This document shows positions 21,991 through 34,919 of a stretch of DNA of 64,000 nucleotides, piece after piece. The notes under the pieces are model-generated. The model worked only from the letters and a program-made list of their open reading frames with translations, ran no database searches and was not told the DNA's origin. The stretch is from the NCBI GenBank assembly GCA_048013815.1, contig CM106586.1:8060001-8124000 (forward strand), in the 5' to 3' direction. A program made the position numbers and the translations under genes. Positions within the stretch are counted from its first letter, which is position 1, and the number at the start of each line of letters is the position of its first letter. This DNA is from Setoptus koraiensis (Eukaryota; Animalia; Arthropoda).

Positions 21991-22025
21991 TGTGGGTATG
22001 CACCATATTATGGTGCATACCCACA
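21991..22025. repeat. Perfect hairpin/palindrome (TGTGGGTATGCACCAT-ATT-ATGGTGCATACCCACA)
   Basis: 16-bp perfect arms with a 3-nt loop. Confidence 0.85.
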
Positions 22026-22922
22026 GTGGCGGTCAGTCGCCCGACTCGATGCACCGCCCGTGCTGCCCGTACTGCTGCACAGGGTCCATACCCGAGCACC
22101 GATATCGAGATGCAAGATGCGCATGACCACGGTGAAGCAGTTCATTATTATCACATCAACTTACGTAACATCGGGTGTCGGATGCAGCGCAAATTGGACC
22201 ACTCATCGCTAGCCGCTCGCCAGTGTCCACCCGTGAGGGGCCCCGGACTCGAGTTTGGGCCCAGTTAAAATCAATGATAACTTGTTTTCAATTAGACCGG
22301 GCCGGGGAGCGGGCCACGATTGGGGCCAGCGCGGCAGGCATCGGCAAGCTGCTGGCCCCAGCACGACGCTGGCCAAGACGCGGGCCCCGGCACCATGCTT
22401 TTCACACTTGGCCCGCTATGATGCTGGCCAAGATGCTGGCCCCAATTGAGGTGCAATTGACGGAACTGGCACAAAGTGAGCGGGATAAAATAAAATTACA
22501 ATCCTTGGCCAGCGAGCCAGTTAATTGCATTGTCTTGCCCGTCTCGGATGCGGCAACATAACGGCTTATATACGACGGCAACTTGGACCAATATTGGCGC
22601 TGCGATGGGCTACTGTCATGCGTTATTGGGGCCCGGCCCGGTTTGTGCGTGCGTGCGTGTGTTTGGGCCGCGCTGGGCCAGATAATTAATACAATGGACT
22701 GCGAATTGAATCGAGCGTCGTGAACACGAGTCACACAAACAATTGCGGGCCCCGGTGCCCCAATCAACAAGACGCTAGTGGCGGCGTCAGAGCAAATAAT
22801 GCATAGACTGGGGGGCGCACTAGAGAATTGTTTTGAGCAAACACTCATTTGCATTGTTGCCAGTTGTTGCCAGTGGCAGCCATATGGCGAGGGGGCGCCG
22901 TTTGGCGCCATATCCGCTATCT

Positions 22923-22989
22923 CTTGTTTATATCCAGTGGCTTGTTTATATCCAGTGGCTTGTTTATATCTAGTGGCTTGTTTATATCC
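22923..22989. repeat. 18-bp minisatellite x~3.7 (CTTGTTTATATCCAGTGG)
   Basis: Tandem units read directly. Confidence 0.85.
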
Positions 22990-25280
22990 GCGCTTGTCTG
23001 TTTATATATCGCCAGGCCGACACACGCAAAACACGACGGCCCCACCAGCCAACCAACGACAGCCAACCAACGGCAGCCAACCGACGACAGCCAACCAACA
23101 GCCAGCCAACCGAGGCGCCCACGAATCAAAGAAGCAAATTCGCACTGACGGCGCCATGGGTATCGCAAGTGGGGCCCCAATGGCGCGCACACTCTCTCTC
23201 TCGGCCGACTATTAGTAATGGGATAATTTGATAATATCATCAGATTGAGTCAGCTGTCGGCCGCCGAGAGCTCTCGCAGCGCGCGCCCCAGCGGCCAGCC
23301 GACAACCGGCTCGCCCGAATGCCGCGATTTCCGACGCGAACCATTGCAAGTCAACACGCTGACGCCCATCGATTGATGTGTGTGTGTGTTTGCCCAACAA
23401 AGGCCACATAAATCATTGGGTCAATCTCGGCAAAATTGCCATTCACACACACACAATTTCAAATGTGCTTGCGTCGCTCTTTAATTTCGACCTGGCCTCT
23501 TTTTCCCCATGCCAGCCGTTATATTCATCACATCACCGCCCGAGCGGGAACGCTTCATTTCGCCCCGTTTCGGCTGGTATTTCAGCGGGAATTTCGGTCT
23601 GAATTTCGGTGTGAGTTTCGGTGCGGATTTCGGTCTGAAACGAAGCGAAAACTCGGCAGCTCGATATGTGCGAACGCTACAGCGCGACACACGTACCACC
23701 GATGATGCTAATGATGCTGACACACATTTCGCGCAGCACGATTGCCCAAAATAATTTCGGCAAAATTATTTGCCCGGGCGGATAAAAGCGCCGCTGTCCG
23801 GGCCCGGCCAGCGGCGCCCCTCGATGCCGGATGGGCACTGTTACTCACTGAGCCCGAATGCTCGGCCCGAAAGTTGGACGCGCGCCGCACACACGGCGCG
23901 GCTTGCGCTGGAGGATATTTCTGCGGGCTCTTCTGCCGGCTGTTTGTTGGGTGCCCGTGCGATGCCGCATGCGGGCAGCGCCAGTTTCGGGCGCAAACAT
24001 TCACAGCGACTCGTGGGGCCGGAGCGGGCCCGATCCGGGCCTGGATGCTGGGCGATTGAGAGGTTGCGAGCGGCGTGCCGCGAGGCACGCAAAACCCTTG
24101 CCTCACTTGGCACGAGCAGTTGCATTGTGCGGCGCACAGATTGGGGCCCGGATTTTCTCGAGAAATATCACTCCAGCATAATATAATATTATGTTAGAGC
24201 GACTCAGTGTTACTCAGGGCATGCAGAGGCACCGCGAGACGAACGGGGGCCGAGCGGGCAAGATTAGTGTCTATTTATACCCGGCCGGTGCGTGCATTTA
24301 TTGCTCGGATGCATGGGATTTATTTTGGGGGCACCAGCGGGCACAGATTAGCGGGAATTGGCCGCCGGCCGGCCCGGCCCGGGCCGGAATATAATCTTAG
24401 GTGGGCGACCATTGTGTCAAGATGTAATTAGAAGGCAGTGGTATAAATTTGCTGGCGCGGCGAGCCGCAGCCGCAGCAACATCGCGACAGCTCATCGGTC
24501 ATGTGGCGCGCGGCGCGGCACAAACGGGGGCGGGCGCCGATTATTTATGCAGATGATCAGAATAAATATTGAAATCAATATATAACAAGTGGAGCATATC
24601 TGGCGCCTGTGCCGCGCGCACAGGCGCCTATCTGATCCTGCGGGCCCCGGCGACGAGCCGGGGCCCCATTGTTGGCGGCGCGCGGGCTCGCCGACACCAA
24701 CAACGTTAGCCCAACTGCCAATGTTAACGCAGCGCGTGCTGGCAGCGCGTGCTGGCGCCCCATTCGTGGCCACCACCGACCTGGCTGGCGAGCGTGGCTG
24801 GTGGCTGGCGGCCGGCCATGTTCGCGCCCTCGACGGCGCCAATATCGCCGCGCGCGGGCACCCGTTCCAATGGCGCATCGTGCATTATTCATTATTCAAA
24901 TGACCATGGGCCGGTAGCAGTCAGACAGCGGCGCGCATTTGATCGCGGCGCCCTAGCAGCGGTGCGGCTGTTCTCAAATGACGCCCTGTCAGCCGCTAGC
25001 CAGCCGGCCGCTTCGGCGAGCCGCCGGGCGCCCTGTCTGGCTAGCGGCTCCGGAAATTAAGGCTTCTCGCGCCGCGTACGCGCCTTCTCGAACAAATCGA
25101 ACCCGGCGCCCCTGCAGCCGCTCTCGAGCGCCCGTCCGTTTGTTTGCTCATGTTGCATCGCGTGCCGCTTCCTCCCGCCGGCTCGCTCCCATTCGCTCCC
25201 ATCTCGCTCGCCAGCCTCGATTGCCGGGTGCCGGCATTGCGCAGTCTGGCAGCGGTTCGCGCCGTGCTCGCTTCGCAACC

Positions 25281-25341
25281 CTGGCTCCCAAACAAACTGG
25301 CTCCCAAACAAACTGGCCCCCAAACAAACTGGCCCCCCAAA
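25281..25341. repeat. 16-bp minisatellite x~3.7 (CTGGCTCCCAAACAAA)
   Basis: Tandem units read directly. Confidence 0.8.
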
Positions 25342-26970
25342 ACCCATCAACAGTGGTGCAGTCTATATAATCGGGCCGGGCCGGGCCGACCCGACTCACC
25401 GTGCACCCCAACGTGCAGCGCTTTGGTGCACTGGTGCACCACAACGCTGCCTTGCACCAAATTATTATTTAAATTCTGTGCACTGCCATAATTTGAATAA
25501 TATTGGCCAGGCCGCCCGTGCCGCTGACCAGTTTATAAGCTTATATTTATGCAATCCATGCAACAGTAAACACGCGTATAATAACGGTAAACAACGTTTA
25601 CACGGGCCATTGTGGCGCCCTGTAAGCGGGCCCCAGTTAAGCGAAGCCTCTGGCCAACTTGAGCCGGCCCCCACCGAGCGTCGCTGCTCGGTGTGTGCCC
25701 AGACTGTGAAATATCCGCCACTATTTACTACACGAGCCAGACAATTCGTCATGCTCGAGACGTCCCTTCGGGCTGCGACAGTCTATTAATTCCGGCGTAA
25801 TTTGTGTCAACTTGACACAAATCATGTAACAGCTATCACCGTCCGGCGAATGCCCTAATCGTGCCCTAATCGCGGGCCCGAATCTCCATATTTTGGCCAT
25901 ATTTCCACATGGAAACCAATGGAAACGTGTCGAAATGATGGCCAGCATCAAATGATTTTGTAAGCTGATCGAGCTTTCCAAGCGACCAATATAAACATAA
26001 AACCGTTCAGTATTTACACTGTCAACCAAGAGCCATGAACTGTCGTCGTTTTTTCTAATCAGTGCATTCTTATAAATCGTACCGAATCGGATGACCGCTC
26101 ACCCGTTCTTTTGCCTCTTTCTGACACATCGTCCGCTCAAATGCGCCTGAAATTAGTGCGTGCGCTACTGTGGGAACGCAACTGCGTTTAGTGCGCTGAT
26201 TTATGAAATCAAATAGAAGTGATAAAATCGGAATAAAAGTGCGCTAATGTCATGGGTATTTTTGCACGCACGTTTCTTGCAAAACGAATGAGATTCCGAA
26301 TGATGTCTCGGCAAGACGCAAAAAACGGGCAAACGGTCATCCGAACACGGACCCAACTAAGCCAGCCCATCTATGAGAATAGCCCCACGAGAAAAAAAAT
26401 CCAATGATTCGTGTAGCTTGGGTGACCTTGCGCATACTGCGTAACAACGAGACAATGATTATTCATCAGCGTGAATTCATCGACAGCGAGCCGCAAATTG
26501 CAAATCCCAAAAAGGGGATATTCAAAAAGGGGGCCTATTGAGCTCCCAAGTGAGGGCTCACTAGGCAACAGCAGCATTGCGCAAAAACAAACAAAAATCA
26601 CTGTCGCCCGACGAGTCTATTTGGTGCCAATCCGTCACTGCTGGCCGACATTGATTGCGACATCGATGCACCACGGAATTGGGGCCCGGTATCGGCTGTC
26701 CGACGATGCCGGGCCAGCGAGCCAGTGATGTCTGTGATGTGATGGCCGTGTCAGCGTGCCCGGGGCTGCCAGGCCGAAAGGACACATCCGATTTGAATAG
26801 TTTTAGCGGATCGGAAACATTTAGCGTTTGGCATTTAGCATTAATGTGGCTGCTTAACGGGGCCGACAGCTGATAACGGTAGCTCGCATCTGTTGGTTTC
26901 AATCTAATTGGCGGAAGACAGGTCTCGAACGGTCGACAAGTCGGGCCTGTTTGGCGCGGATATTCATTGA

Positions 26971-27080
26971 GTTTGTCGAAACGGATTTGTCGGAATGTAT
27001 TTGCGTGAAACGGATTTGTCGAAAAGTATTTGCGGGAAACGTATTTGTCGAAAAGTGTTTGTGGAAACGTATTTGTGAAA
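26971..27080. repeat. 14-15-bp degenerate array (AAACGGATTTGTCG / AAAAGTATTTGCGG)
   Basis: About seven alternating imperfect units. Confidence 0.75.
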
Positions 27081-27734
27081 ATGTGGGCAGACGAGACGGC
27101 GACGACGGGCCCCATCAGCGTCAGCATGGGGCCCCTGGCTTGACTCGTGCACATGCTGGCCAGCGAGATAAACTGGCTCGTGCGCGCCCGATTAGCTGCT
27201 CACAACAGAGTGTGACACTAAGTGACAATTGAATGTGCTGTTGCGCTGCATTATTACATAATATATTATATATTGTTGGATATTATATTGTGTGATATAA
27301 TAAAACTTGTATTGTATAATATATAACTTATATCGTCGTATAATAATAATATCGTCGTATAATAATAATATAGCGGCGGCAGCGAGCAGCCGATATATTA
27401 ATGTGGCTCAGGCGCCGATATGCCGACACAGCGAAAATATATCACTGCCAGACGGGCGATTATAGCCATTCTTGTCGCGAGCGTCTCGACAGATTTTGTC
27501 TGCCAGAATGAGCGGGCAAATCAGCGCGTCTCGACGCGATCTCGCGTCTCATCTCATATATTTTGTCGCCCCAACATGATAACATAATAATGCCATGTAC
27601 GCAATAATATGCGGGCCCCAGTTATGCCACTGGCATAATGGCGAGCCATGTTTTGCTGAGCCCGACAGACAAGACAAAATGGACAAAATAGACAGGCTAG
27701 ACGCAATAGACAACATCGACAAAATTCACGAAAT

Positions 27735-27788
27735 CGACAACGTCGACACCGCCGACAACGTCGACACCGCCGACAACATCGACACCGC
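27735..27788. repeat. 18-bp minisatellite x3 (CGACAACGTCGACACCGC)
   Basis: Tandem units read directly. Confidence 0.85.
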
Positions 27789-30700
27789 GCCCGGATATGA
27801 ACTGGCGCAAGACGAGCGCCAATGTGAGGCGCGCGGGCCCGCGCATCGGCGGCGCCGACGAGCCCGGCCCGGCCCCAATCAATCTAACATTGTGCAATGT
27901 GCCAAAGTGTCACATGATGCCTCGGCGCTGCTGATTTGGCAACACTGTGCACACTGACACTGTCGCCAGATTGGCAAGACCGTCGCTTGCGGGCACTGTG
28001 GCGGGCGGGCGGACGGGCGAGCGGGCATTATGGCATTTTGGCATTCTGGCATTTTGGCAAGCCGCCCGGCGAGCGCGGGCGCCGACAAAACGGCGGGCAA
28101 GCGCGGCCAGGCTTGCGACGACGGGCAGGGGGCGCGCCGCATTACGCTCGGCTGGCCAAGTCGCGCGTACAAGCAACACTAGGCAACAACAACAAATAAT
28201 AACGTCAGAGGGGCCAGAAGGAGATTATCGCCGACGCTGCCAGCTCAAACCGGTGCCATCCATCTTATTCAAATGTTTATCATACGGCGCGCACATATCA
28301 TGATAATATTACTGCGCGGCGCTGCCTACTCCATAATAATAATTAAATAAGCCAACTTGGCGCCCACAACCCGGCCGGCCCGACGAGCCGCACTTTACAC
28401 TTGATAGGCTGCCTGTCTGTCCGCCGGCGTCGTGGCGCATTGGGCGCTTCGTTGGGCGCCACGTTGGGGCCCGCGAGCGCGCGTGACAAGACTCTCTTTC
28501 AAGCGACACTTGCGTCACACAACTTGTCTGGCGGGCGCCTCTAACTGCGTCTGTGGCGCCTCGGACGCTGGGCCGGGCCAATGATGAGACGACATCATTG
28601 GCGCGCTTCTTGATGGCGCGATTAGGTCGCGCACGGGCTGCGAGTCGCGGCCTGCGAGCTGCGAGCGAAGTATCACGGCGCCCCAGTCCGAACGGAGCCC
28701 GCTAATCGGCCCGTGGGCTCGAGTGTCGCGCCGCCAGCGCGCCCCCTATGATAGAGGCTCTATCCCGTCTTCACTATAGGGTTCTATGGCATGGACTCTA
28801 TGGTGCGGATTCTGTGAGGCCCCATGGCCGCTTGAGGCGCCCATAGTTGGCTCGTCAGCGAAACTGTGTGCGCACTGTGCAAGAAAACTGCTTGGGCCGC
28901 CTAACGTTTGTGCCGCCTCACGTTTGGGCCGTCCCACGGTTGGGCAGCCTCACGGTTGGGCCGCCCAACGGTTGGGCCGCCTAGAGTTGGGGCCGCTGCT
29001 CGCAAAGTGCGCAGCGGGCACTCGCCGGGCCAGAAGAGAGTCCGCGCCCGGCGAGGCGACGACGTGTTTGTTTCGCACAAGCGGACACGTCACTCCTCCG
29101 GGCCCGTGCGACTTGCGCCAGTCTATCGGTGGCCCCGTTTTAGTTATGCCATCAAATATCAACTGGCAGCCGGGCGAGCAAGTAGCTGTGGCGCCTTGGC
29201 CGGCACTGAGATGACGGCGCTGCAAGACGCCGCCCAGCGCCTCCTACGGGCAGCTCAAGTGCCTCAAATGGCCCCAGTGGCTCGACGGGCTCCGCTGGCC
29301 GTAGCGCCGCCGACGGCCATCCGATGCCGGCCAGCGATTACGCGAATTCGTGCGCGCTGTGAGCGCGCCACCAGGACGAAAAATGGCGCAGCTCGAAAGC
29401 CGATCGGCCGCCCGTGAGCCAGTCGATGGCCGGTAATCACTGGCCGGCGCCGATGGACTGCGGATCGGATGCACAAAGTGGCCTCTGCTGGTTAGAGTGC
29501 GCGCTCGATGGGCCCGCCGAGCTACTCATCGCGGCAGAATCGCGCGCGCATGGGGGCCCCAAAATACAGCGCCAGTCGCATAGTTTAGCGGGCAGCGGGA
29601 GCGCGCCTAATGTGACATTAGTAATGTCGGCACCAATGAGCTTCGGGCTGGCGGGCGCCAGCGCGAGCTTGGCGCGCACGAGAATAATGGCTGGTGCTCA
29701 AGCCGCGGTCACCCACGGCCCGCGCCCCACCAGCCAGCCAGCCAGCCGATTTATCGGTGCCCGGGCAACGCGAACACACAGCCAACTGGCACTGCAAATT
29801 GGTTGCTGTGGGGCCCCCCGTGCCAGTCACTTGGCAGCGTTGCCTGTTACAAGGGGGGCCGGTTACGAGCCGGCAAGCGCTCGTCGTAAACAGAGCAAGA
29901 CAGCGCGCACACACGGCGCCAATTGGAGCACGGGCCCCAAAATAACGGTCCCACTGTGGCAGGCCCACAACGAGGGGCCGCACCGACGGGCCCACACCGA
30001 CGGGCCCGCACTGATGGGCCCCAAGGAGTGTAACGGGACCCGGCGCGCGCGCGCGCCGTGCCGATGGGAGCTGGGCCCGGAGCACAAATTAGTTGACACA
30101 CCGGGCTGGCTTGCGCATTGAACAATGGCCATTATATAGTGTGTTATATATATTGTGCGGGGCCCGGTCGGTGTGCGCCGCGTCTTGCCACCCACCCGTG
30201 GGCCGCAGCCTAAATGAGCCCGCGACGCACACTGAGCCAGCGGTGCCCGCACCTAGGCACTTTTGGCAAGCCAGTGGCAAGCTGGCGGGAATAAATTGAA
30301 ATTGTGACAGCTACTGCGCTCGTTGGCTTTTTTATTTTACTGCTTATTTGGGCGCCTCATTTTACTCTTGTTTTTGTTTTATTTTTTGGCTGGCGCAACT
30401 TGCAACAATCTCTCCCCTCACAAAAGCGGCGGCCGGCAACGGGCCGGCCGCCGCTCGGCTGTCTGTTTGCCTACATGCAGTGATACCTTTTAACTGCTAT
30501 TAGCGTCGGCGCGCGACTAATAGATGCGCCCGGCGCGCACATGTAAACTGGGCACGGCGTGCACACTGTAAACGGTGTGTGGCGACCGGGGCGCCGACAA
30601 CAACAATATCGCACGCCCGACAGTATGTGTGTGCAATTGGCCGCCAGTCGTCGCCAGTCGTCAGCGACAGGGGCGCCACATTGACGAAGGGGCCACAGCG

Positions 30701-31619
30701 CCGGCGACCGAGGGGCCAAAAAGAGTCGCGAACGGCGCTATGTCCGCTGGCGCTGGCGTTGCCGTGAACAGTGTCTATTAGACTGCCGGCTGGCTCGCTG
30801 GCGGCTGCACAGCCGAGCCGCGGCTAGCTGCGCAGCCTGTCGGCAAGCTACCAAGTATCAGCCAGTCTAGACAGCGACGGTGACAGTTGCGTAACAGCCG
30901 CCGGTGAGCAGTCACCGTTAAGCAGAGTGTGTGGATGCAAGTCGCAAACTCCATCGACTGCCAGTATAAAGTATTGTCAGCATGCTATTGGCCCGACAAC
31001 AACAACGGCGACAACAACAACAGCGATAACAACGACGACGACAAGCCACACTCACCTGTGCGCTAACGAGCCAGCCAAAACATTTATTTTATCTTTTTCG
31101 GTGTGTCGCTCGCTAGGTCGCTCGCTGGGTCGCCCGCTTGCTCGCTCGTGTGACTGCGCCGCTGACAAAATGAGCAAGACAAATAAGTGGCAAATAAAGC
31201 AGTCGCCAGGTGACTAAGCATATGGCCACATAAATAACTGCTGCGTGACAAATCACTGATTTCTCGTCACTCGCTCAAACGATCGACACGGGCCCCTTTT
31301 GGGGCGAACAGTATCGAGTGAGTAGTGTCGAGCGAATGGTACGGAATAAGCGAATAGCATGCAGTGAATATAGTGTTGATCCGTCCGATTGAGCCCTCAT
31401 TGGGGCCTCGCTGGGGCCGACGGGGGCCTCGCTGGGGCCCACGGGGGCGGGGAAGCGGCGGATCGGGCGGCCGGTTGGACGGGGCGAGTGGCACTAATTA
31501 GTATGGCGAGTCTAGTTCATTAGTGCCCTCGTGCCGGTTGCGTGGGCGTCTCACCGGGCAACCTGGCACATATTTGATGCCTGGCCAATAGCCCAGCGAC
31601 GAGACCTGTGTGTACTCAC

Positions 31620-32773
31620 CTGACTAATGTCGGACATCCATGCCGCCTTCTCTTGGCTGTTGGGGGCCACCAAATGTATGAAATGCACAGAGTGATGATG
31701 CGACGATTGGCTTGCGCCCGATTGGCTGGCGCCCGTTAGCGAGCTGCAATTTTGGGACGACGATGACACTTTTGAGTGGTCGAACACAATCTTAAAGTCG
31801 CAACCGCCATAGTCTTTGCCGGTGGCTTGTGTAGCTGCTGGCTTGTGTTGTTGGCTGGCTGTCAAATTGAGCTTGCAGCTATCGTTGAGTTGCTGTTTCA
31901 GGGGCGACGACGTCAGTGACCAACGGGTTGACTTGGACCCGCCGCTAGGTGGCTGCTGCTGCTTCGATGGCGAGTTACGCAACTGCACTGGCTGCTCTAC
32001 TGCTGCTGCTGATTCGGGCTGCTGCTTATTATTATTCATAAGCTTGCTGTTTGCCGGGGATTTTTTTATCTGCTGCTGTTGGTGTTGTTGGTGTTGGTCG
32101 TCGGTGGCACCGGTGGTGGTGGCGTAATTAAGCTGCGTTGCCAAGTTGGCATCTCTGGCCAACAGTTGCGGTGGCTGCTGCTGATTGAACTGACCGAAGG
32201 ACAGGCGGCGCTGGTGCGGCTGCAACCGTTGAATGGGCGCTAATGAATTGACACCTCCGCTTTCTTCTTGCGCAATATCTGCTATATTGTTGGCGTGATA
32301 ATGATAGTAATTGTTATTTATATCATTACTATTGTTGTTGTAATTAGCGTTGGTATTTGCATTATTTGGCTTGTTTGCAGCGTTTGCAATATTTGCAGGG
32401 CTATTTGCAGTATTTTGCGTATTATTTTGCGTATTATTTGGCGTGTTTATGGGGTTTGTTGTATTTATTGTGGCACCGCTGTTATTAGTATTGTTAACTA
32501 GGTGCCTCACAACGCTGCCTCTGTGCGGCTGCGGCTGCTGCTGCTGCTGAACGGACGAGCCGAAGCCACCCGACGACGAGCTAGGTAAACTCATTGAATT
32601 GGTCAGTGTTGCGTCAGTGGGCGCCGTGGTGGTCGCCGGGGCCGTGGTGGTATTGTCATCACAGTTGTCGTATTTTGCTGCTGTTGTTACACTGGCATTG
32701 TTGTAAATCAGCTGTGGGGAACCTGGTGCAAATGTGACACTGCCAGAGCTTGCACAGTTGCTTAGGGCGCCAC
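31620..32773 (-). CDS. RasGRF: RasGRF exon 7: low-complexity insert and C-terminal half of PH2
   Basis: CAG acceptor (32776-32774), phase 1; donor GTGAGT at 31619, phase 0. It ends DYGGCDFKIVF...IHLVAPNSQEKAAWMSDISQ, the PH C-terminal helix containing the conserved Trp. Confidence 0.9.
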
Positions 32774-33602
32774 CTGACGAAAGGCAATTCGTCGCCAGTA
32801 GCGTCACACAAACACAATTGGTCGTTTTGTCCGACAGACGTACGCGTTTTAAGGTTGCCGTACCCGTGTACAAGTTTGATATATACGGGCCAGATACGTT
32901 CCAAGCGAACATACGTTCCAAACGGGGAGACAAAGGGAGAGCGGACGGGGGGAGAGAGAGAATTTTTCATGGAATTAGACAAAGCGACGCAGCGAAATAC
33001 ACACACAGCGAATTGGGGCCCGCAAAGGCGGCAACGGCGCCAAATTGCTCCCTTGCAACATTCAGCCATTATTATTACTATCATTATCATCATTATCATT
33101 TTTATCATTGTTGGCCTCACCTAGACGGCACCGTGGCGCGCTTGTCGCTCGTGCTCGTGCCGCAACCGCTGCTGCTGCTGTTGGCGCTGTTGCATAGCGC
33201 CGTTCGCGACCACTACTCCGCTGATACTGCCAGAGGTAGTGTAGTGGCATTATTTACTAATGTTGTCCCTAATCCTGACAACGGTGTTGCTGTTGCTGTT
33301 GTTGCTGTCGCTGTTGTTGCCCTTGTGCCAGGGCTATATTTAGCTGGCCGACACACGCAGTACAGGCACACAGTAGAGGCCCATTTTTCATTTCTCCCAT
33401 TCATGCCAGGGTGGCTCCATCTGGGGCTGGCAAATACAACGCTATGATTGCACCATGATTGCCGTTGAGCCAAATCGAAGTCGACAGGCAGACACACAAC
33501 AACAACAACAACAACAACAACAATAACAACATTTCATATGTTACATATGTTAGTGAGTTAGACACCCAACTACGAATAATGCAATAAGTGATAAAATAGT
33601 TA

Positions 33603-33682
33603 GCTGCTCCAGTGGCGCCATCTGTTGGGGGCCCCAATATGCGGTTCGTTTCTCATCCCATAGATGGCGCCACTGGAGCAGC
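33603..33682. repeat. Inverted repeat with 21-bp perfect arms (GCTGCTCCAGTGGCGCCATCT); MITE-like, carries CTCF-like motifs
   Basis: Arms at 33603-33623 and 33662-33682 are exact reverse complements. Confidence 0.8.
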
Positions 33683-33701
33683 CACTCTATCTAGTTATTA
33701 C

Positions 33702-33738
<37 letters not shown>

Positions 33739-33900
33739 ACAACTCAAATTATATCATCATCATCTTGCACACATGAACACACGAAATTATACACATATTA
33801 TGGATGCAATTCGCTAGTCTGCTAATATTAATATTAACATATATATATATATATATATTCGTATCAGTATTGAAATTAACAGTGATATAACAACACCTAC

Positions 33901-34006
33901 CTTGTGCTTGACCTGGATATTGATTGTTGGCGGCGGTGCCAGTTGGCGCAAACTCGCTGGGATCCTCTATGAGAGTCACCTCAGACAGAGATATCTTGCC
34001 AATATC
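33901..34006 (-). CDS. RasGRF: RasGRF exon 6 (PH2)
   Basis: CAG acceptor, GTAGGT donor at 33900, phase 0/1. DIGKISLSEVTLIEDP corresponds to RasGRF GVISLIDCTLLEEP. Confidence 0.88.
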
Positions 34007-34143
34007 CTGTTTTGTGGAAAATGGTGATGAAACAGAGACAGCGCAAACAATGCAGCAATAGTTACAATAGGTTGGGTGAGAATAGCTTTAGAATAAAATG
34101 TGTTACACCTTCGACGAAACATCGATGGAAATGGGGCCACTTG

Positions 34144-34318
34144 AGCTAGCGTGGCTGCTAAAAGTCGCAACTTTAGGCCATTCTGGGTTTAAACCCGGTG
34201 GCCCAAAGTGGCTTTTGGTCAAAAAGTCTAAAAGTCCTTTGGCCCGGCCAGAAGTGGCCAAAAGTCGGACTTTAAGTCCGGGACATGAGTTTAAACCATT
34301 TGAGCCGCCACCCTAGCT
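34144..34318. mobile_element. MITE-like element in RasGRF intron 5
   Basis: Imperfect terminal inverted repeats AGCTAGCGTGGCTGC / AGCTAGGGTGGCGGC (13/15 match), with internal AAAAGTC/GACTTT motifs. I found no clear target-site duplication. Confidence 0.5.
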
Positions 34319-34352
34319 GAGGCTGGTTTATATTTTATATAAATTGTCTCAC

Positions 34353-34561
34353 CTCAACTAGATGTAGTTTGCCGTCCTTTGTTCTAGTGCACAACAATAG
34401 GTGATTGGTGAATAGAAAACACTGCCTAACCAGCTCTTTGTCCTTGGTATCGTTGGAATTGCCCGCCCTGAACGAGCCAAGCTTTGATTTGCTTTTGGGC
34501 GCCTTGCCAGACTGGCCGGCATTGCCAATAACCTGAATGAGAGTGCCCTGGCGTACGAAGA
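34353..34561 (-). CDS. RasGRF: RasGRF exon 5 (N-terminal PH2)
   Basis: CAG acceptor, GTGAGA donor at 34352, phase 1/0. VFVRQGTLIQV...VRQCFLFTNHLLLCTRTKDGKLHLVE. Confidence 0.93.
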
Positions 34562-34678
34562 CTGAACGACGAGAGGCGTCGCAAGTTTGTTTGTTTGATG
34601 ATAATTTGTTTGATTAGGACAGGCTGATATTACCAGATATTTTGCCAGATATTATGCCAGATAAGATTTATATATTAC

Positions 34679-34781
34679 CTTGGTTGACGTCCAACAGAAT
34701 GTCGCAGCCCTTGATGATCATTCGCTCTAAGGCCAAATTTTGTCTGATATTCTCTGTCTCACTAACTTCGTCGTGCATTTG
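34679..34781 (-). CDS. RasGRF: RasGRF exon 4 (DH-PH2 junction)
   Basis: CAG acceptor, GTAATA donor at 34678, phase 0/1. [34 protein letters not shown]. Confidence 0.93.
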
Positions 34782-34919
34782 CTGCGACATTCAACATTTG
34801 CGATCATGATTGGATTTGTGATGACATTTGACATTTGTGATTGTTAGTAATTGACAGTTGATTGGTTGGTTATCAGGTTAATTATCATGCAAAATCAATA
34901 AATCTTCATCGCTAGCAGA

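Noticed and set aside
33121-33260. Possible cassette exon in intron 6 ending at a GTGAGG donor (33120)
   Set aside because: The only phase-compatible frame has an in-frame stop just upstream and no convincing acceptor; the other frames stop.
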